Shown here one piece after another: positions 16,956 to 26,876 of a DNA stretch of 64,000 nucleotides. Below the pieces are notes generated by a model. The model did not search any database and was not told the origin of the DNA. It saw only the letters and a list, made by a program, of their open reading frames with translations. The stretch covers positions 204,056 to 268,055 of the forward strand of contig CAZIMC010000001.1 of the NCBI GenBank assembly GCA_964540475.1. The letters are read 5' to 3'. The translations under genes and the position numbers were made by a program. Each line of letters opens with the position of its first letter. Position 1 is the stretch's first letter. Source of the DNA: an uncultured Gammaproteobacteria bacterium (GTDB lineage Bacteria > Patescibacteriota > Microgenomatia > UBA8517).

Positions 16956-18605
16956 ATGTCGTTAAAATTCATTGCAGTATCAGGAACCACCTCAGTTACA
17001 GAAAATCTGTATATTTATGAATATGGCAACGACATGGTTGTTCTGGATTGCGGTGTTGGTTTTCCCGAGCCGGAAATGTACGGAGTCGATTTAGTAGTTC
17101 CGGATACTACATATATTAAGGAAAATAAACACAAACTAAAAGGAGTTTTAATAACCCATGGACATGAAGATCATATGGGCGGCCTGCCCTTTTTACTGAA
17201 AGACGTAAACGTTCCAGTTTATTCGACTAAACTAGTGGCTGGTTTTATTGAAGAAAAGCTCTCCGATCACGGGCTAGATAGGGTAAAAATTCACGTTTTT
17301 GATCCTGAAAAAGACACAATCAGCTTGGGTGCATTTAAGATAACTCCTTTTAGAGTCTCTCATTCTGTACCCGACGGAGTTGGGTTTGCAATAGATACAC
17401 CGGAAGGCAGGGTTTACCACATTCCAGATTATAAATTTGACTGGACCCCGGTTGACGGCAAACCGTTTGATATAAGAAGACTTGCAAGTTTAGCTAACGA
17501 ACCAACCTTAGCTTTAGCATCCGATGCATTGGGGTCAACCTCTCCGGGTTATACCGAAAGCGAAAGAGAGATTGAAGGAAGGATTGAAATAATCGCGCGA
17601 GAAGCAAAAAAAAGAATCTATTTCACCACTATTTCCTCCAATATATCAAGGGTTCAACAGGCCCTGAATGTTGCTGCACGATTAAATCGAAAGGTAGTTT
17701 TTATTGGCAGATCAATTGACAGAAAGGCAAAAATAGCAGAAAGCCTAGGATATTTAAATTTTCCCAAGGGGTGTGTAATATCTCCTAAACAAGCTGACAA
17801 ACTACCTTTAAACCAAGTTTGGTATATTATTTCGGGTAGCTATGGTCAGCCCGGAAGCGCATTGTATAGGACAGCCATTGGCGAGCATCAGTTTTTATCA
17901 ATCGATGAGGAAGATGTTGTAATATTCTCTTCGGACCCGGCCCCTCCGGGGTCCAAAGCAAACGTAGATTTTGTGGTCGACAAGTTAATCGAAAAGAATG
18001 CGATTGTCCACTATTACGATATTCAGGAAGATATTTATGTTTCAGGGCATGGAAGCATTAAGGATATTGAGATGCTCTTTGCAATTTTAAGGCCAAAATA
18101 CTTTATTCCAATTGGCGGGACAAAAAGACATATGAGAGCATATAGCCATTTGGCGCAAAACATGGGTGCATCGGCTAATCAGGTTTTCGAACTTACATCA
18201 GGCCAGGTTTTGGAGTTTAGTAATAAAAACGCAAGGATTACCGGAAAAATTCCAGTTCGTGATATTTTGGTTGACGGGCTTGGAATCGGAGACGTTGGCA
18301 ATGTGGTTCTAAGGGATAGGCAGGTACTAGCAAAAGACGGGGTTGCAATTGTAATGCTTCAGATTGATAGAAGGGAAGGAAGACTAATTAGCGTACCGGA
18401 GGTAATAAGCCGCGGGTTTGTGTACGAGGAAAAAGAGAAAGGTTTTCTCATGGAATCCGGGCGAAAATTAAGAGAACAAATTGACAAAAAAGGCAAGACA
18501 AGCTCAAGAGAAGCAAGGGATGCCGCAATTGATTTCTTGGAAAAATATTTCTTCGATGTAACTGGGAGAAGACCCATGGTCCTTCCAGTTGTAGTGGAAG
18601 TTTAA
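16956..18605 (+). CDS. rnj: Ribonuclease J (metallo-beta-lactamase/beta-CASP)
   Basis: HGHEDHMGG zinc motif and beta-CASP region; 549 aa. Confidence 0.9.
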   Translation: MSLKFIAVSGTTSVTENLYIYEYGNDMVVLDCGVGFPEPEMYGVDLVVPDTTYIKENKHKLKGVLITHGHEDHMGGLPFLLKDVNVPVYSTKLVAGFIEEKLSDHGLDRVKIHVFDPEKDTISLGAFKITPFRVSHSVPDGVGFAIDTPEGRVYHIPDYKFDWTPVDGKPFDIRRLASLANEPTLALASDALGSTSPGYTESEREIEGRIEIIAREAKKRIYFTTISSNISRVQQALNVAARLNRKVVFIGRSIDRKAKIAESLGYLNFPKGCVISPKQADKLPLNQVWYIISGSYGQPGSALYRTAIGEHQFLSIDEEDVVIFSSDPAPPGSKANVDFVVDKLIEKNAIVHYYDIQEDIYVSGHGSIKDIEMLFAILRPKYFIPIGGTKRHMRAYSHLAQNMGASANQVFELTSGQVLEFSNKNARITGKIPVRDILVDGLGIGDVGNVVLRDRQVLAKDGVAIVMLQIDRREGRLISVPEVISRGFVYEEKEKGFLMESGRKLREQIDKKGKTSSREARDAAIDFLEKYFFDVTGRRPMVLPVVVEV

Positions 18606-18695
18606 ATTACAGATCAAACCCCACCCGTCTCGTATTTATTAGTTCTCAATTTCTTATGTTTACATATTTGCTCATGAGGTATAATGATTTAGATT

Positions 18696-20813
18696 ATGTC
18701 CAAAAAGAAAAAAAGAGGTGGCGGGAGGCGTTCATTCAGCCTCAAGCTTAAAAAAGAGACTGTCTATTCGATTGTTCAAATTTTGTTTTTTTCCCTTGCA
18801 CTTCTTGTTATAGTTTCTTTCTCAAGACGCGGGCTTATTCTTGTTCGTTTAAACGATCTGTTGGTTGAATATTTTTCCTGGACAACTGTTTTGTTACCTT
18901 TTATTTTTCTTTCATTTGCCTTTCTTCTTTCGAAGATTAAGTTTCCGCTTAGTCAACCCAACGTGATTGTTGGGAGTTTGTTGTTTTTTGTTTCTATTGC
19001 CTCAATTGCAAGAGCGGGAATAGCGGGCACTCTGGCTTGGGAGGGAATTGCAAGCCTTATAACGCCAGTTGGTGCTTTTATTGTACTTTTAGGAACATTA
19101 ATAACAGGCATTGTGATTCTTTTTAACACCTCTTTTGACCAGCTGTTTAAGTTTGTATCGGGCGTAGTGACCGCAATGAATAGATATATTTTTGGTGACA
19201 AGAGGTTCGTTGGTGCTGCTCCCCGCGGAGAATTGAAAGTAGTTGGAGGAACACCCTTTAGTAATACCGCTCAAGCTAAAGCTCCGGTTACCAATACCCC
19301 AAAAGAACCCTTGGCACCTAAGCTTGTAAGTAATGTCCCCGGTGAAGACAAGCTTTGGAAGTATCCTTCGGTTGAGCTTTTAAGCGATGCGGAATCAGGT
19401 AAGGCAGATCGTGGAGACATAAAAGGGAATGCTGCAATTATTGAGAAAACTTTGGAATCATTTGGAATTACAGCACGCGTCGTTGAGGTTAATTTAGGGC
19501 CTGCAGTTACACAATACGCAATTGAGGTCGCCTTAGGAACAAAGCTTAGTAAGATTACTGCCTTAGAGCGGGATTTGGCTTTGGCCCTTGCTGCTCCAAC
19601 TGGGACTATCAGAATTGAAGCACCTATTCCAGGAAGAAGCCTTGTTGGAATAGAACTTCCAAATAAAACATCGGAATTTGTGCCTCTTAGGAAAATGATT
19701 GAATCAGAAAGCATGAATTCTCATGGATCAAAACTAGCAGTAGCGCTGGGTCTTGACGTTGGTGGAAAGGCTTTAGTGGGTGATATTGCCAAAATGCCCC
19801 ATGTTATGATTGCCGGACAGACCGGTTCAGGTAAGTCGGTTTGTGTCAATGCTTTCCTTGCATCCATTCTTTTCCGCGCTAGCCCGAGTGAGGTTAAATT
19901 TATATTAGTTGACCCTAAAAGAGTTGAGTTAACAGGCTATAACGGTATTCCACACCTTTTGGCACCGGTTATTGTTGAGCCGGAAAAAGTTATTTCCGCA
20001 CTACGTTGGGTTTTGTCTGAAATGGACAGACGCTATAAGCTTTTTGCGGAGGCTGGGGTTAGGAATATTGATGGATATAATGAAATGAGCGGTTTTCAAG
20101 CACTTCCATATATTGTTGTAGTAATTGATGAACTAGCAGATATCATGCTTTTCTCGCCTGTTGAGGTTGAAGATGCCATCACTAGAATTGCGCAGATGAG
20201 CAGGGCTACGGGGATACACATGGTTCTTGCGACCCAAAGGCCGTCGGTTGATGTCATTACTGGCCTTATCAAAGCAAATATTCCCTCAAGAATTGCTTTC
20301 GCTGTTGCCTCCCTTGTTGACTCTAGAGTTATTTTGGATACCCAAGGAGCCGAGAAGTTACTTGGAAAAGGCGACATGCTTTACCTTCCCCCCGAGCAGG
20401 CTAAGCCATTACGAATTCAGGGAGCATTCGTTTCTGACAAAGAGGTAAATGAACTAGTCAGTTTTCTTAAAAACCAGGGAATCGAGCCACAGTACACCGA
20501 GGAAGTTACCACTATGACCAAGGCGGGTGTAGCTGGGTTACCGGGAGCTGGAAGTGATATCGATGATTTGTTTAAGGAGGCAATTAAGATTGTTTGCCAA
20601 TACGACCGCGCATCTGCATCGCTATTACAACGGAGGCTTTCAGTTGGATATGCCCGGGCAGCCAGAATAATTGATCAACTCGAAGCCGCTGGTGTCGTGG
20701 GGCCAGCCGAGGGGAGTAAACCCCGAGATGTATTGGTTCAGAATGCAGACGAATTTCTAGCATCATTAGGGGCTTCGACCGACACTCCTCAGGCGGAACA
20801 GGTGGCGAATTAG
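18696..20813 (+). CDS. ftsK: DNA translocase FtsK/SpoIIIE
   Basis: N-terminal TM helices, then motor domain with Walker A GQTGSGKSV and the C-terminal winged-helix gamma region. Confidence 0.9.
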   Translation: MSKKKKRGGGRRSFSLKLKKETVYSIVQILFFSLALLVIVSFSRRGLILVRLNDLLVEYFSWTTVLLPFIFLSFAFLLSKIKFPLSQPNVIVGSLLFFVSIASIARAGIAGTLAWEGIASLITPVGAFIVLLGTLITGIVILFNTSFDQLFKFVSGVVTAMNRYIFGDKRFVGAAPRGELKVVGGTPFSNTAQAKAPVTNTPKEPLAPKLVSNVPGEDKLWKYPSVELLSDAESGKADRGDIKGNAAIIEKTLESFGITARVVEVNLGPAVTQYAIEVALGTKLSKITALERDLALALAAPTGTIRIEAPIPGRSLVGIELPNKTSEFVPLRKMIESESMNSHGSKLAVALGLDVGGKALVGDIAKMPHVMIAGQTGSGKSVCVNAFLASILFRASPSEVKFILVDPKRVELTGYNGIPHLLAPVIVEPEKVISALRWVLSEMDRRYKLFAEAGVRNIDGYNEMSGFQALPYIVVVIDELADIMLFSPVEVEDAITRIAQMSRATGIHMVLATQRPSVDVITGLIKANIPSRIAFAVASLVDSRVILDTQGAEKLLGKGDMLYLPPEQAKPLRIQGAFVSDKEVNELVSFLKNQGIEPQYTEEVTTMTKAGVAGLPGAGSDIDDLFKEAIKIVCQYDRASASLLQRRLSVGYARAARIIDQLEAAGVVGPAEGSKPRDVLVQNADEFLASLGASTDTPQAEQVAN

Positions 20814-20821
20814 TTACAGAA

Positions 20822-21448
20822 ATGGTTACATTAGGCCAAATATTTAAGGAGGCGCGTCGCAAAAAAAAGCTTTCTATAGAGTCACTAGCTTATAAAACTA
20901 AGATAAAACAGAGCTTTCTGCGCGCGCTTGAAAATCATAGCTGGGAGTTATTACCAGAATACCCGGTTGTAGTTGGTTTTGTAAAAAATACTGCCTCGGT
21001 GTTGGGGGTGGATGAGCGAAAAGCGGTTGCGCTTCTAAGACGAGATTATCCGCCGCAAATCCTTCCAATTAACCCAAAACCTGACGTTGAAAACAAATTT
21101 TTGTGGAGTCCGAGGCTAACGTTTTTTGCTGGCCTTCTACTCATTTTTTTGGCGTTATCGGGATACCTGGTTTTGCAGTATTCCCGTTTTGTTAGTCCAC
21201 CACCCCTTGAAATTACTATTCCCCAGGAAGGGCAGATAATTAAGGAAACCAGCCTTCGTGTTATTGGAAGAACTAATCCTGAGGTAGCTGTACGAGTAAA
21301 CAATCAGCCTGTGATTGTTGAGCAGACTGGTGAATTTATTGCAAACTTAGAAATTTTCGAAGGGACAACTGAGATTATTGTTGTTGCAAGATCACGTTCT
21401 GGCAAAGAGACCACAGTTAAGCGTATGATAAAACCGGAGCTTAAATAA
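20822..21448 (+). CDS. RodZ-like protein: XRE-type HTH, single TM, C-terminal domain
   Basis: HTH LGQIFKEARRKKKLSIESLAYKTKIKQSFLRALEN, then a hydrophobic helix LTFFAGLLLIFLALSGYLVL. Confidence 0.55.
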   Translation: MVTLGQIFKEARRKKKLSIESLAYKTKIKQSFLRALENHSWELLPEYPVVVGFVKNTASVLGVDERKAVALLRRDYPPQILPINPKPDVENKFLWSPRLTFFAGLLLIFLALSGYLVLQYSRFVSPPPLEITIPQEGQIIKETSLRVIGRTNPEVAVRVNNQPVIVEQTGEFIANLEIFEGTTEIIVVARSRSGKETTVKRMIKPELK

Positions 21449-21531
21449 TGGATGGAGTCCAAACACTACTTGTAATTGTAATTGTAACTCTCACAATTCT
21501 TCTATTGATTGTTGGCATGCAGGTTTTTTGA
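21448..21531 (+). CDS. Possible 27-aa hydrophobic peptide
   Basis: MDGVQTLLVIVIVTLTILLLIVGMQVF; its ATG overlaps the RodZ-like stop; it ends at a T6 run. Confidence 0.2.
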   Translation: MDGVQTLLVIVIVTLTILLLIVGMQVF

Positions 21532-21692
21532 TAATCATAGATTTGAGAAAGGCCATTAAACGCTTAAATAATATTTTAGAGGACGCAATTTTGGGAGGAG
21601 GACTTATAAAGCCAGATAAATTAACTGGAATAATTGAAATGGTCAGAAAGAATAAAGGTATGACTTCCCATGGCCAAAGAGAAGATAAATGA

Positions 21693-22049
21693 CTACTTTG
21701 ATCTTGTTGTCAAAAAAGCAGCCGGGATCAGTCCTAGAAATGCTCCACCAAAAACCCCCAAGATACCGGAGCTTAACGCTAAAAGGATAAACGCAAAATT
21801 ATTTAAAAGCCCCTTAGTTTTAAGAATCAAAAAACTCATGATCGGAGGGTATAATACCGCTACCAAAAGTCCACCCTTTTGCCCTGCCTCAAAATTTAAC
21901 AATGCGTCGTTGCCTGGAGACAATAATGTTCCTGTTATTGCGCCGGCTATTCCGCCCAAAATAATTCCCAATATAAAGTACGCAACATAAAACCCAATAG
22001 CTTGTAATGGGGTTCGTTTGCAGGACAAATCTGCGAGTTTACTAAACAT
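21693..22049 (-). CDS. Small integral membrane protein, 3-4 TM
   Basis: 118 aa with Gly-rich hydrophobic helices. Preferred over the low-complexity antisense ORF 21670-21990. Confidence 0.4.
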   Translation of the reverse strand: MFSKLADLSCKRTPLQAIGFYVAYFILGIILGGIAGAITGTLLSPGNDALLNFEAGQKGGLLVAVLYPPIMSFLILKTKGLLNNFAFILLALSSGILGVFGGAFLGLIPAAFLTTRSK

Positions 22050-22097
22050 TCTTTAATGTTAAGTCCTGGCAAGTGCCCCTGTCAATAAGTGTCCAAT

Positions 22098-22126
22098 TGT
22101 TAACAACAAACCAAAAAGGGTATAAT
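22098..22126 (+). promoter_or_regulatory. Promoter for alaS with the -10 TATAAT 7 nt upstream of the ATG (leaderless-type)
   Basis: TATAAT at 22121-22126 and ATG at 22134; a weak -35 TTGTTA. Confidence 0.35.
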
Positions 22127-22133
22127 CCTAAGC

Positions 22134-23960
22134 ATGCTGGCCAGTGAAATACGAGAGAAATATTTGAAGTTTTTCGAAAAACGCGGGCATAAACGGATTG
22201 CTCCTGCACCCTTAGTTTTGGAAAATGACCCAACGACACTTTTTACTTCTTCCGGCATGCAGCCTCTGGTACCGTATCTATTGGGTAAAAATCATCCTGA
22301 AGGAAGAAGGCTTGTTGATTCCCAACCCTCCCTGCGGCTTCAAGACATCGAAGAAGTTGGTGACAATAGGCATACAACCTTTTTTGAAATGCTTGGCAAT
22401 TGGAGTTTGGGGGACTATTTTAAAAAAGAACAACTCAGCTGGTTTTATGAATTTCTAACGAAGGATCTTGGGCTCGAAAAAGACAAATTATGGGTCACTG
22501 TTTTTGAAGGAGACGCTCAGGTGCCAAAAGATCAGGAGTCAATCGAAATTTGGAAAAGTCTTGGTATTCCCAGAGAGCGGATATTTGAATACGGTGTAAA
22601 GAAAAACTGGTGGAGCAGGTCAGGAACCCCAGAACAAATGCCTGTGGGGGAAATTGGCGGCCCAGATTCAGAAGTTTTTTACGATTTCGGCGAGGAATTA
22701 GGACTTCATGAGAAATCACAGTGGAAAGACAGTAAATGTCATCCCAATTGCGATTGCGGAAGATTTATAGAATTGGGCAACTCGGTTTTTATCCAATATA
22801 AAAAGCTCGAAAGCGGTGATTTAGAAGAACTGCCTAACAAAAATGTGGATTTCGGTGGGGGACTCGAAAGAATTACAGCGGCAGTCTTGGGAACACCAGA
22901 TGTTTTCAAAACTGACCTTTTCTTGCAGACGGTTGCAAATGTTGAAAACACATATGGTGTTAGTTACGGCGGGTCGGAAGTAATCGACAGAAGTGTGCGA
23001 ATTATTGTAGAGCACTTAAGGGGTGCTTCAGCGCTCATTTCCGAAGGGGTATTGCCTGGTAACAAAGGCCAGGGATATATACTACGAAGACTGCTAAGAA
23101 GGTCTGTGCTTCATGCTAGACTGCTTAACAAAGATGCGCAGTTAAAGCTTCCTGAAGTAGATTTCTCGGATAGTGGTATACCCATCAACTTTAAGCCTTC
23201 GCAAGAAATAAATGCAGTAATACAGGAGGAAGCTAATAAATTTGCCAGGGCCTTGGACAAAGGAATGAAAAAACTACTGCAGTTGACAACTTCTGGGCAA
23301 GAGGTTACCGCACAAATCGCTTTTGATTTGTATCAGACAGAGGGATTTCCTTTGGAGGTAACGGTTGAAACCTTAGAAAATGCTGGACTTAAATTTTCTG
23401 ACGATGACCAAAAAAAGTTTGTCAAGGAATTTGAGAAACATAAAGAAAAATCCCGGACAGCTTCAGCGGGAATGTTTAAAGGCGGATTGGCAGATAAGGG
23501 CGAGGAAACTACAAAACTTCATACCGCGACACATCTGTTACATGCTTCTTTAAGAAAAGTGCTTGGAGAACATGTTTCTCAAAAAGGAAGCAATATTACA
23601 GCCGAGAGATTAAGATTTGATTTTTCCCACCCCCAAAAGTTAACGGACGATGAGCTTAAAAAGGTTGAAGGCTTAGTCAATGAGCAGATAGAAAAGAACA
23701 TGCCGGTTAGTATGGAAACAAAAAGCTTTAAAGAGGCGGTGGGCGAGGGTGCTTTGGCATTTTTTGGAGAACGTTACGACGAAAAGGTGAACGTTTATAC
23801 AATTGGAGAGAGTGGCAACTGGTTTTCCAAAGAAGTGTGTGGTGGACCGCATGTCACTTCTACAAACCAGATCGGTCATGTTAGAATTATAAAACAGGAA
23901 AGTATTGGCTCTGGTCTTGTCAGAGTCTATGCGTCTGTCTTGCCCAAAAATGAATCTTAG
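22134..23960 (+). CDS. alaS: Alanine--tRNA ligase, short form (catalytic, tRNA-binding and editing regions; no C-Ala domain)
   Basis: N-terminal class II AlaRS motifs (FTSSGMQPLVPYLLG, FFEMLGNWSLGDYFK). Editing-domain HxxxH (TATHLLH) and CGGPH are present; only 608 aa. Confidence 0.9.
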   Translation: MLASEIREKYLKFFEKRGHKRIAPAPLVLENDPTTLFTSSGMQPLVPYLLGKNHPEGRRLVDSQPSLRLQDIEEVGDNRHTTFFEMLGNWSLGDYFKKEQLSWFYEFLTKDLGLEKDKLWVTVFEGDAQVPKDQESIEIWKSLGIPRERIFEYGVKKNWWSRSGTPEQMPVGEIGGPDSEVFYDFGEELGLHEKSQWKDSKCHPNCDCGRFIELGNSVFIQYKKLESGDLEELPNKNVDFGGGLERITAAVLGTPDVFKTDLFLQTVANVENTYGVSYGGSEVIDRSVRIIVEHLRGASALISEGVLPGNKGQGYILRRLLRRSVLHARLLNKDAQLKLPEVDFSDSGIPINFKPSQEINAVIQEEANKFARALDKGMKKLLQLTTSGQEVTAQIAFDLYQTEGFPLEVTVETLENAGLKFSDDDQKKFVKEFEKHKEKSRTASAGMFKGGLADKGEETTKLHTATHLLHASLRKVLGEHVSQKGSNITAERLRFDFSHPQKLTDDELKKVEGLVNEQIEKNMPVSMETKSFKEAVGEGALAFFGERYDEKVNVYTIGESGNWFSKEVCGGPHVTSTNQIGHVRIIKQESIGSGLVRVYASVLPKNES

Positions 23961-26178
23961 GGATTTCTTAAACAGAGATGGTAAAACTCACGAGCTCTAT
24001 TGGGCTCTGAGCATAGAAGCGGATTGGGTGCAGTCGGCTATTTGGTATATAGAAGGTGAGGTTGCTCAGGTTGTTGCAACTAGTCCTGTTTCGGCTTGGC
24101 AAACTGAAGAAGAGCTAATCGAAGCTACCGATGCATCACTTTCTGCTGCTATTCAAAATCTTCCGGAGGATACAAAAGAGCCTGAAAAAACCGTATTTGG
24201 AGTTCCCCCAGGGTGGGTGAGCGACGGCCAGATTAAAGAAGAATACTTACTGAAGATCAAAAAGATCTGCTCCGAACTCTCACTCTCCCCGTCTGGTTTT
24301 GTAATTTTACCTGAGGCGATAGCCCACCTTATTAAGTCGGAAGAAGAAGCGCCCCTAACCGCTATTGTTTTGGGTGTATCAAAGGAAAATATTGAACTTA
24401 GCCTTTTTAGATTAGGGAACTTAATAGGAAATACTACTGTTGCTCGAAGCGTCTCGATATTCGATGACGCGATAGAAGGCCTAACCCGTTTTGGTACGCA
24501 AGACCCTCTTCCCTCACGGATTATTATCTACGATGGCAAAGAAGGACAGCTTGAGGATTTAAGGCAGGAACTTATTAAGGCAGATTGGAAAGAAATTGAG
24601 AATCTCAAATTTTTACATACACCTAAAGTGGAAGTGTTGGACTCGGAAAAGAAAGTGGCAGCAGTTTCTTTGGCTGGAGCATCAGAAATGGGTAATGTCA
24701 CCGCAATTGTTACAGAAAAAGAAGACAAAGAAGATCAGGCTGAGGCATTGGCAGTAGAAGAAGAGCCGAATTTTAGTGAAGCGGGAGACATATCTGCTGA
24801 AGAGCTAGGGTTTGTGGTTGGTAAAGATGTTTCAGAAGAAGAGACGCCCACCATCCCCGCCACTCCCGTTACACAAGAAAGCGGTGACCAGGAGTTTATA
24901 GCAGGTGACGGAAAGTTAAGCCACGATAAAGCGCCGACTGTTGCACACTTTCCCTCAGCGTCCAAATTTTCAGGTTTGACTAGCCGCGTTTTAGATTTTG
25001 CCAAAAGTCTAGCCGGCAAAGTACCTCCTAGGATGGGAGCGGGGGCCGCAGGAAAGCGTCCATTGATTTTTGCCGCACTAGGTGGTCTCTTTGTGGCACT
25101 GGCATTGGCGTGGTGGTTTTTGCCCAAAGCGACAGTTGCCATCTATGTAGCCCCACAATCAACCTCTGCAACTTTTCCGGTTAACCTTGATTCAAATGTA
25201 AGCTCTCCGCGCCTTTCCGAAAAGATGCTAAATGCGGTTCTAATTAGCACTCAAGCTTCAGGGGAGAAATCTAGGGGAACTACTGGCAGAAAGACCGTGG
25301 GAGATAGGGCAAAAGGAAGTGTACAAGTTCGCAATGGAAATAGTGCCCCAGTTAATCTACCTGCGGGAACTGTTTTTCTATCTTCAAACAACCTCGAATT
25401 TAGTTTAGACAAAAGTGCGTCAATAGCAGGTTCTCTTTCTCCTGTTACTCCGGGAACTGCGGAGGTGGATATTACTGCGCGTGCTATCGGAGCAGAATAT
25501 AATTTGGGTAAAGATGAAACTTTCAAAATTGGTAATTATCCCAAGGCAGATATAGATGCTGTAGCAATAAATCAACTGACAGGTGGGAGTAGCCGCGAGA
25601 TATCGGCAATTTCCGAATCAGATCAGCAGTCGCTCCGTGATGAATTAACAAAAGAGTTAACAGAAAAGGCAAAACAAGATTTATTTGGAAAAATTTCGTC
25701 AGAACAATATTTTATCGAAAATTCCCTCCAGACCCAAGTAGTGACATCGTCTTTTAGTGGTAGGGTGGGAGATGAATCCTCCAACTTGAGTTTAAGCTTA
25801 AATATTAGTGTTTCGGGTCTTGCGGTTGATAGAAACTTAATCTACGAGCTTTCAAGCGAGGAACTAAAAGATCGTATTCCTGGGGGTTACATTTTAAGAA
25901 ATGATCAAATGAGGTTGCAATTCGACCTTAAAGATCAAAAAGACGGAGTTTATGAATTTGAAGCAGATATAGCTGCCAATCTGCTGCCGGAAATTAACCC
26001 GGACGAAATTGCTAAAAAGATAGCAGGAAGAAACCCAGTTCGAGCAGAAGAATACCTAAGAACCGTGCCCGGATTCAGAAGAGCTGAGATTACTTTTTCC
26101 CCGCGTTTGCCTGGTTTTCTGGGAATAATGCCTAGGGTTTCCAGGAATATTAATATCGAAATAGGAGCTGAAAGGTAA
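23950..26178 (+). CDS. Large bitopic membrane protein: ~380-aa cytoplasmic domain, one TM, ~350-aa external domain
   Basis: The ORF track starts at 23905 inside alaS; the ATG at 23950 (MNLRDFLN) is more plausible. Central TM LIFAALGGLFVALALAWWFL; no LPXTG; followed by a sortase gene. Confidence 0.5.
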   Translation: MNLRDFLNRDGKTHELYWALSIEADWVQSAIWYIEGEVAQVVATSPVSAWQTEEELIEATDASLSAAIQNLPEDTKEPEKTVFGVPPGWVSDGQIKEEYLLKIKKICSELSLSPSGFVILPEAIAHLIKSEEEAPLTAIVLGVSKENIELSLFRLGNLIGNTTVARSVSIFDDAIEGLTRFGTQDPLPSRIIIYDGKEGQLEDLRQELIKADWKEIENLKFLHTPKVEVLDSEKKVAAVSLAGASEMGNVTAIVTEKEDKEDQAEALAVEEEPNFSEAGDISAEELGFVVGKDVSEEETPTIPATPVTQESGDQEFIAGDGKLSHDKAPTVAHFPSASKFSGLTSRVLDFAKSLAGKVPPRMGAGAAGKRPLIFAALGGLFVALALAWWFLPKATVAIYVAPQSTSATFPVNLDSNVSSPRLSEKMLNAVLISTQASGEKSRGTTGRKTVGDRAKGSVQVRNGNSAPVNLPAGTVFLSSNNLEFSLDKSASIAGSLSPVTPGTAEVDITARAIGAEYNLGKDETFKIGNYPKADIDAVAINQLTGGSSREISAISESDQQSLRDELTKELTEKAKQDLFGKISSEQYFIENSLQTQVVTSSFSGRVGDESSNLSLSLNISVSGLAVDRNLIYELSSEELKDRIPGGYILRNDQMRLQFDLKDQKDGVYEFEADIAANLLPEINPDEIAKKIAGRNPVRAEEYLRTVPGFRRAEITFSPRLPGFLGIMPRVSRNINIEIGAER

Positions 26179-26180
26179 AC

Positions 26181-26876
26181 ATGAGGCGCAGGTCTATTAT
26201 TAAGCTCTTTGGTTTTACATCAGGAATAACAGGCCTTGTCATACTAGCGGGAGTATTTTTACCGATTGTCGATTACGTAAGTTTTGCTAATGAAAAATAC
26301 CCCACGTTACTGTCTCCACTTGTTGAGGAAAATTCAGAAACAGGTTCTGTCAATCTGGATTATACTCTAGCCAGTAACTGGTTCACTGGTGTGAGTAGAG
26401 ACGCTTTCACAACTCCGAATATTAGTTACTTCAGTCTGTCGGTACCCAAACTGGGAATTAACAATGCGACTGTTGCAGTTGGTGGGGATGATTTATCAAA
26501 AAGCCTGATTCAATATCCGGGAACAGCGCTTCCCGGGAAAAAAGGTAATGCAGTAATTTTTGGTCACTCGATTTTGCCAATTTTCTATAATCCAAAGGAT
26601 TACATGGCAATCTTTTCAACGTTACATACCTTAAAAAAGGGCGATGAAATTCAGGTTAGTTATGATGGTGTGTTTTATAAATACCAGGTTGAGGAAATGT
26701 ATGAGGTTTTGCCAACTGATTTAAAAGTATTAAGTCAGGAAGGGTCGGATTCTTATATCACTCTTATCACATGTACACCTCCAGGTGATCCTCGGAAACC
26801 CAAGCGTTTGATTGTCAAAGCACGTGTGGTACCATTCAACCAGGCGAGTGGGCAAGCCACTACTAACCTTCAATGA
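26181..26876 (+). CDS. Sortase-family transpeptidase
   Basis: N-terminal TM anchor; catalytic His (VIFGHS), Cys (TLITCTPP) and Arg (RLIVKARV) in the canonical order. Confidence 0.85.
   Translation: MRRRSIIKLFGFTSGITGLVILAGVFLPIVDYVSFANEKYPTLLSPLVEENSETGSVNLDYTLASNWFTGVSRDAFTTPNISYFSLSVPKLGINNATVAVGGDDLSKSLIQYPGTALPGKKGNAVIFGHSILPIFYNPKDYMAIFSTLHTLKKGDEIQVSYDGVFYKYQVEEMYEVLPTDLKVLSQEGSDSYITLITCTPPGDPRKPKRLIVKARVVPFNQASGQATTNLQ

Noticed and set aside
21670-21990. 106-aa + strand ORF
   Set aside because: Low-complexity, Pro/Lys-rich and antisense to a convincing multi-TM membrane protein on the minus strand.
23905-23949. Start of the large membrane protein 55 nt inside alaS
   Set aside because: The in-frame ATG at 23950 gives a shorter, more conventional overlap with the alaS stop; the upstream extension has no support.
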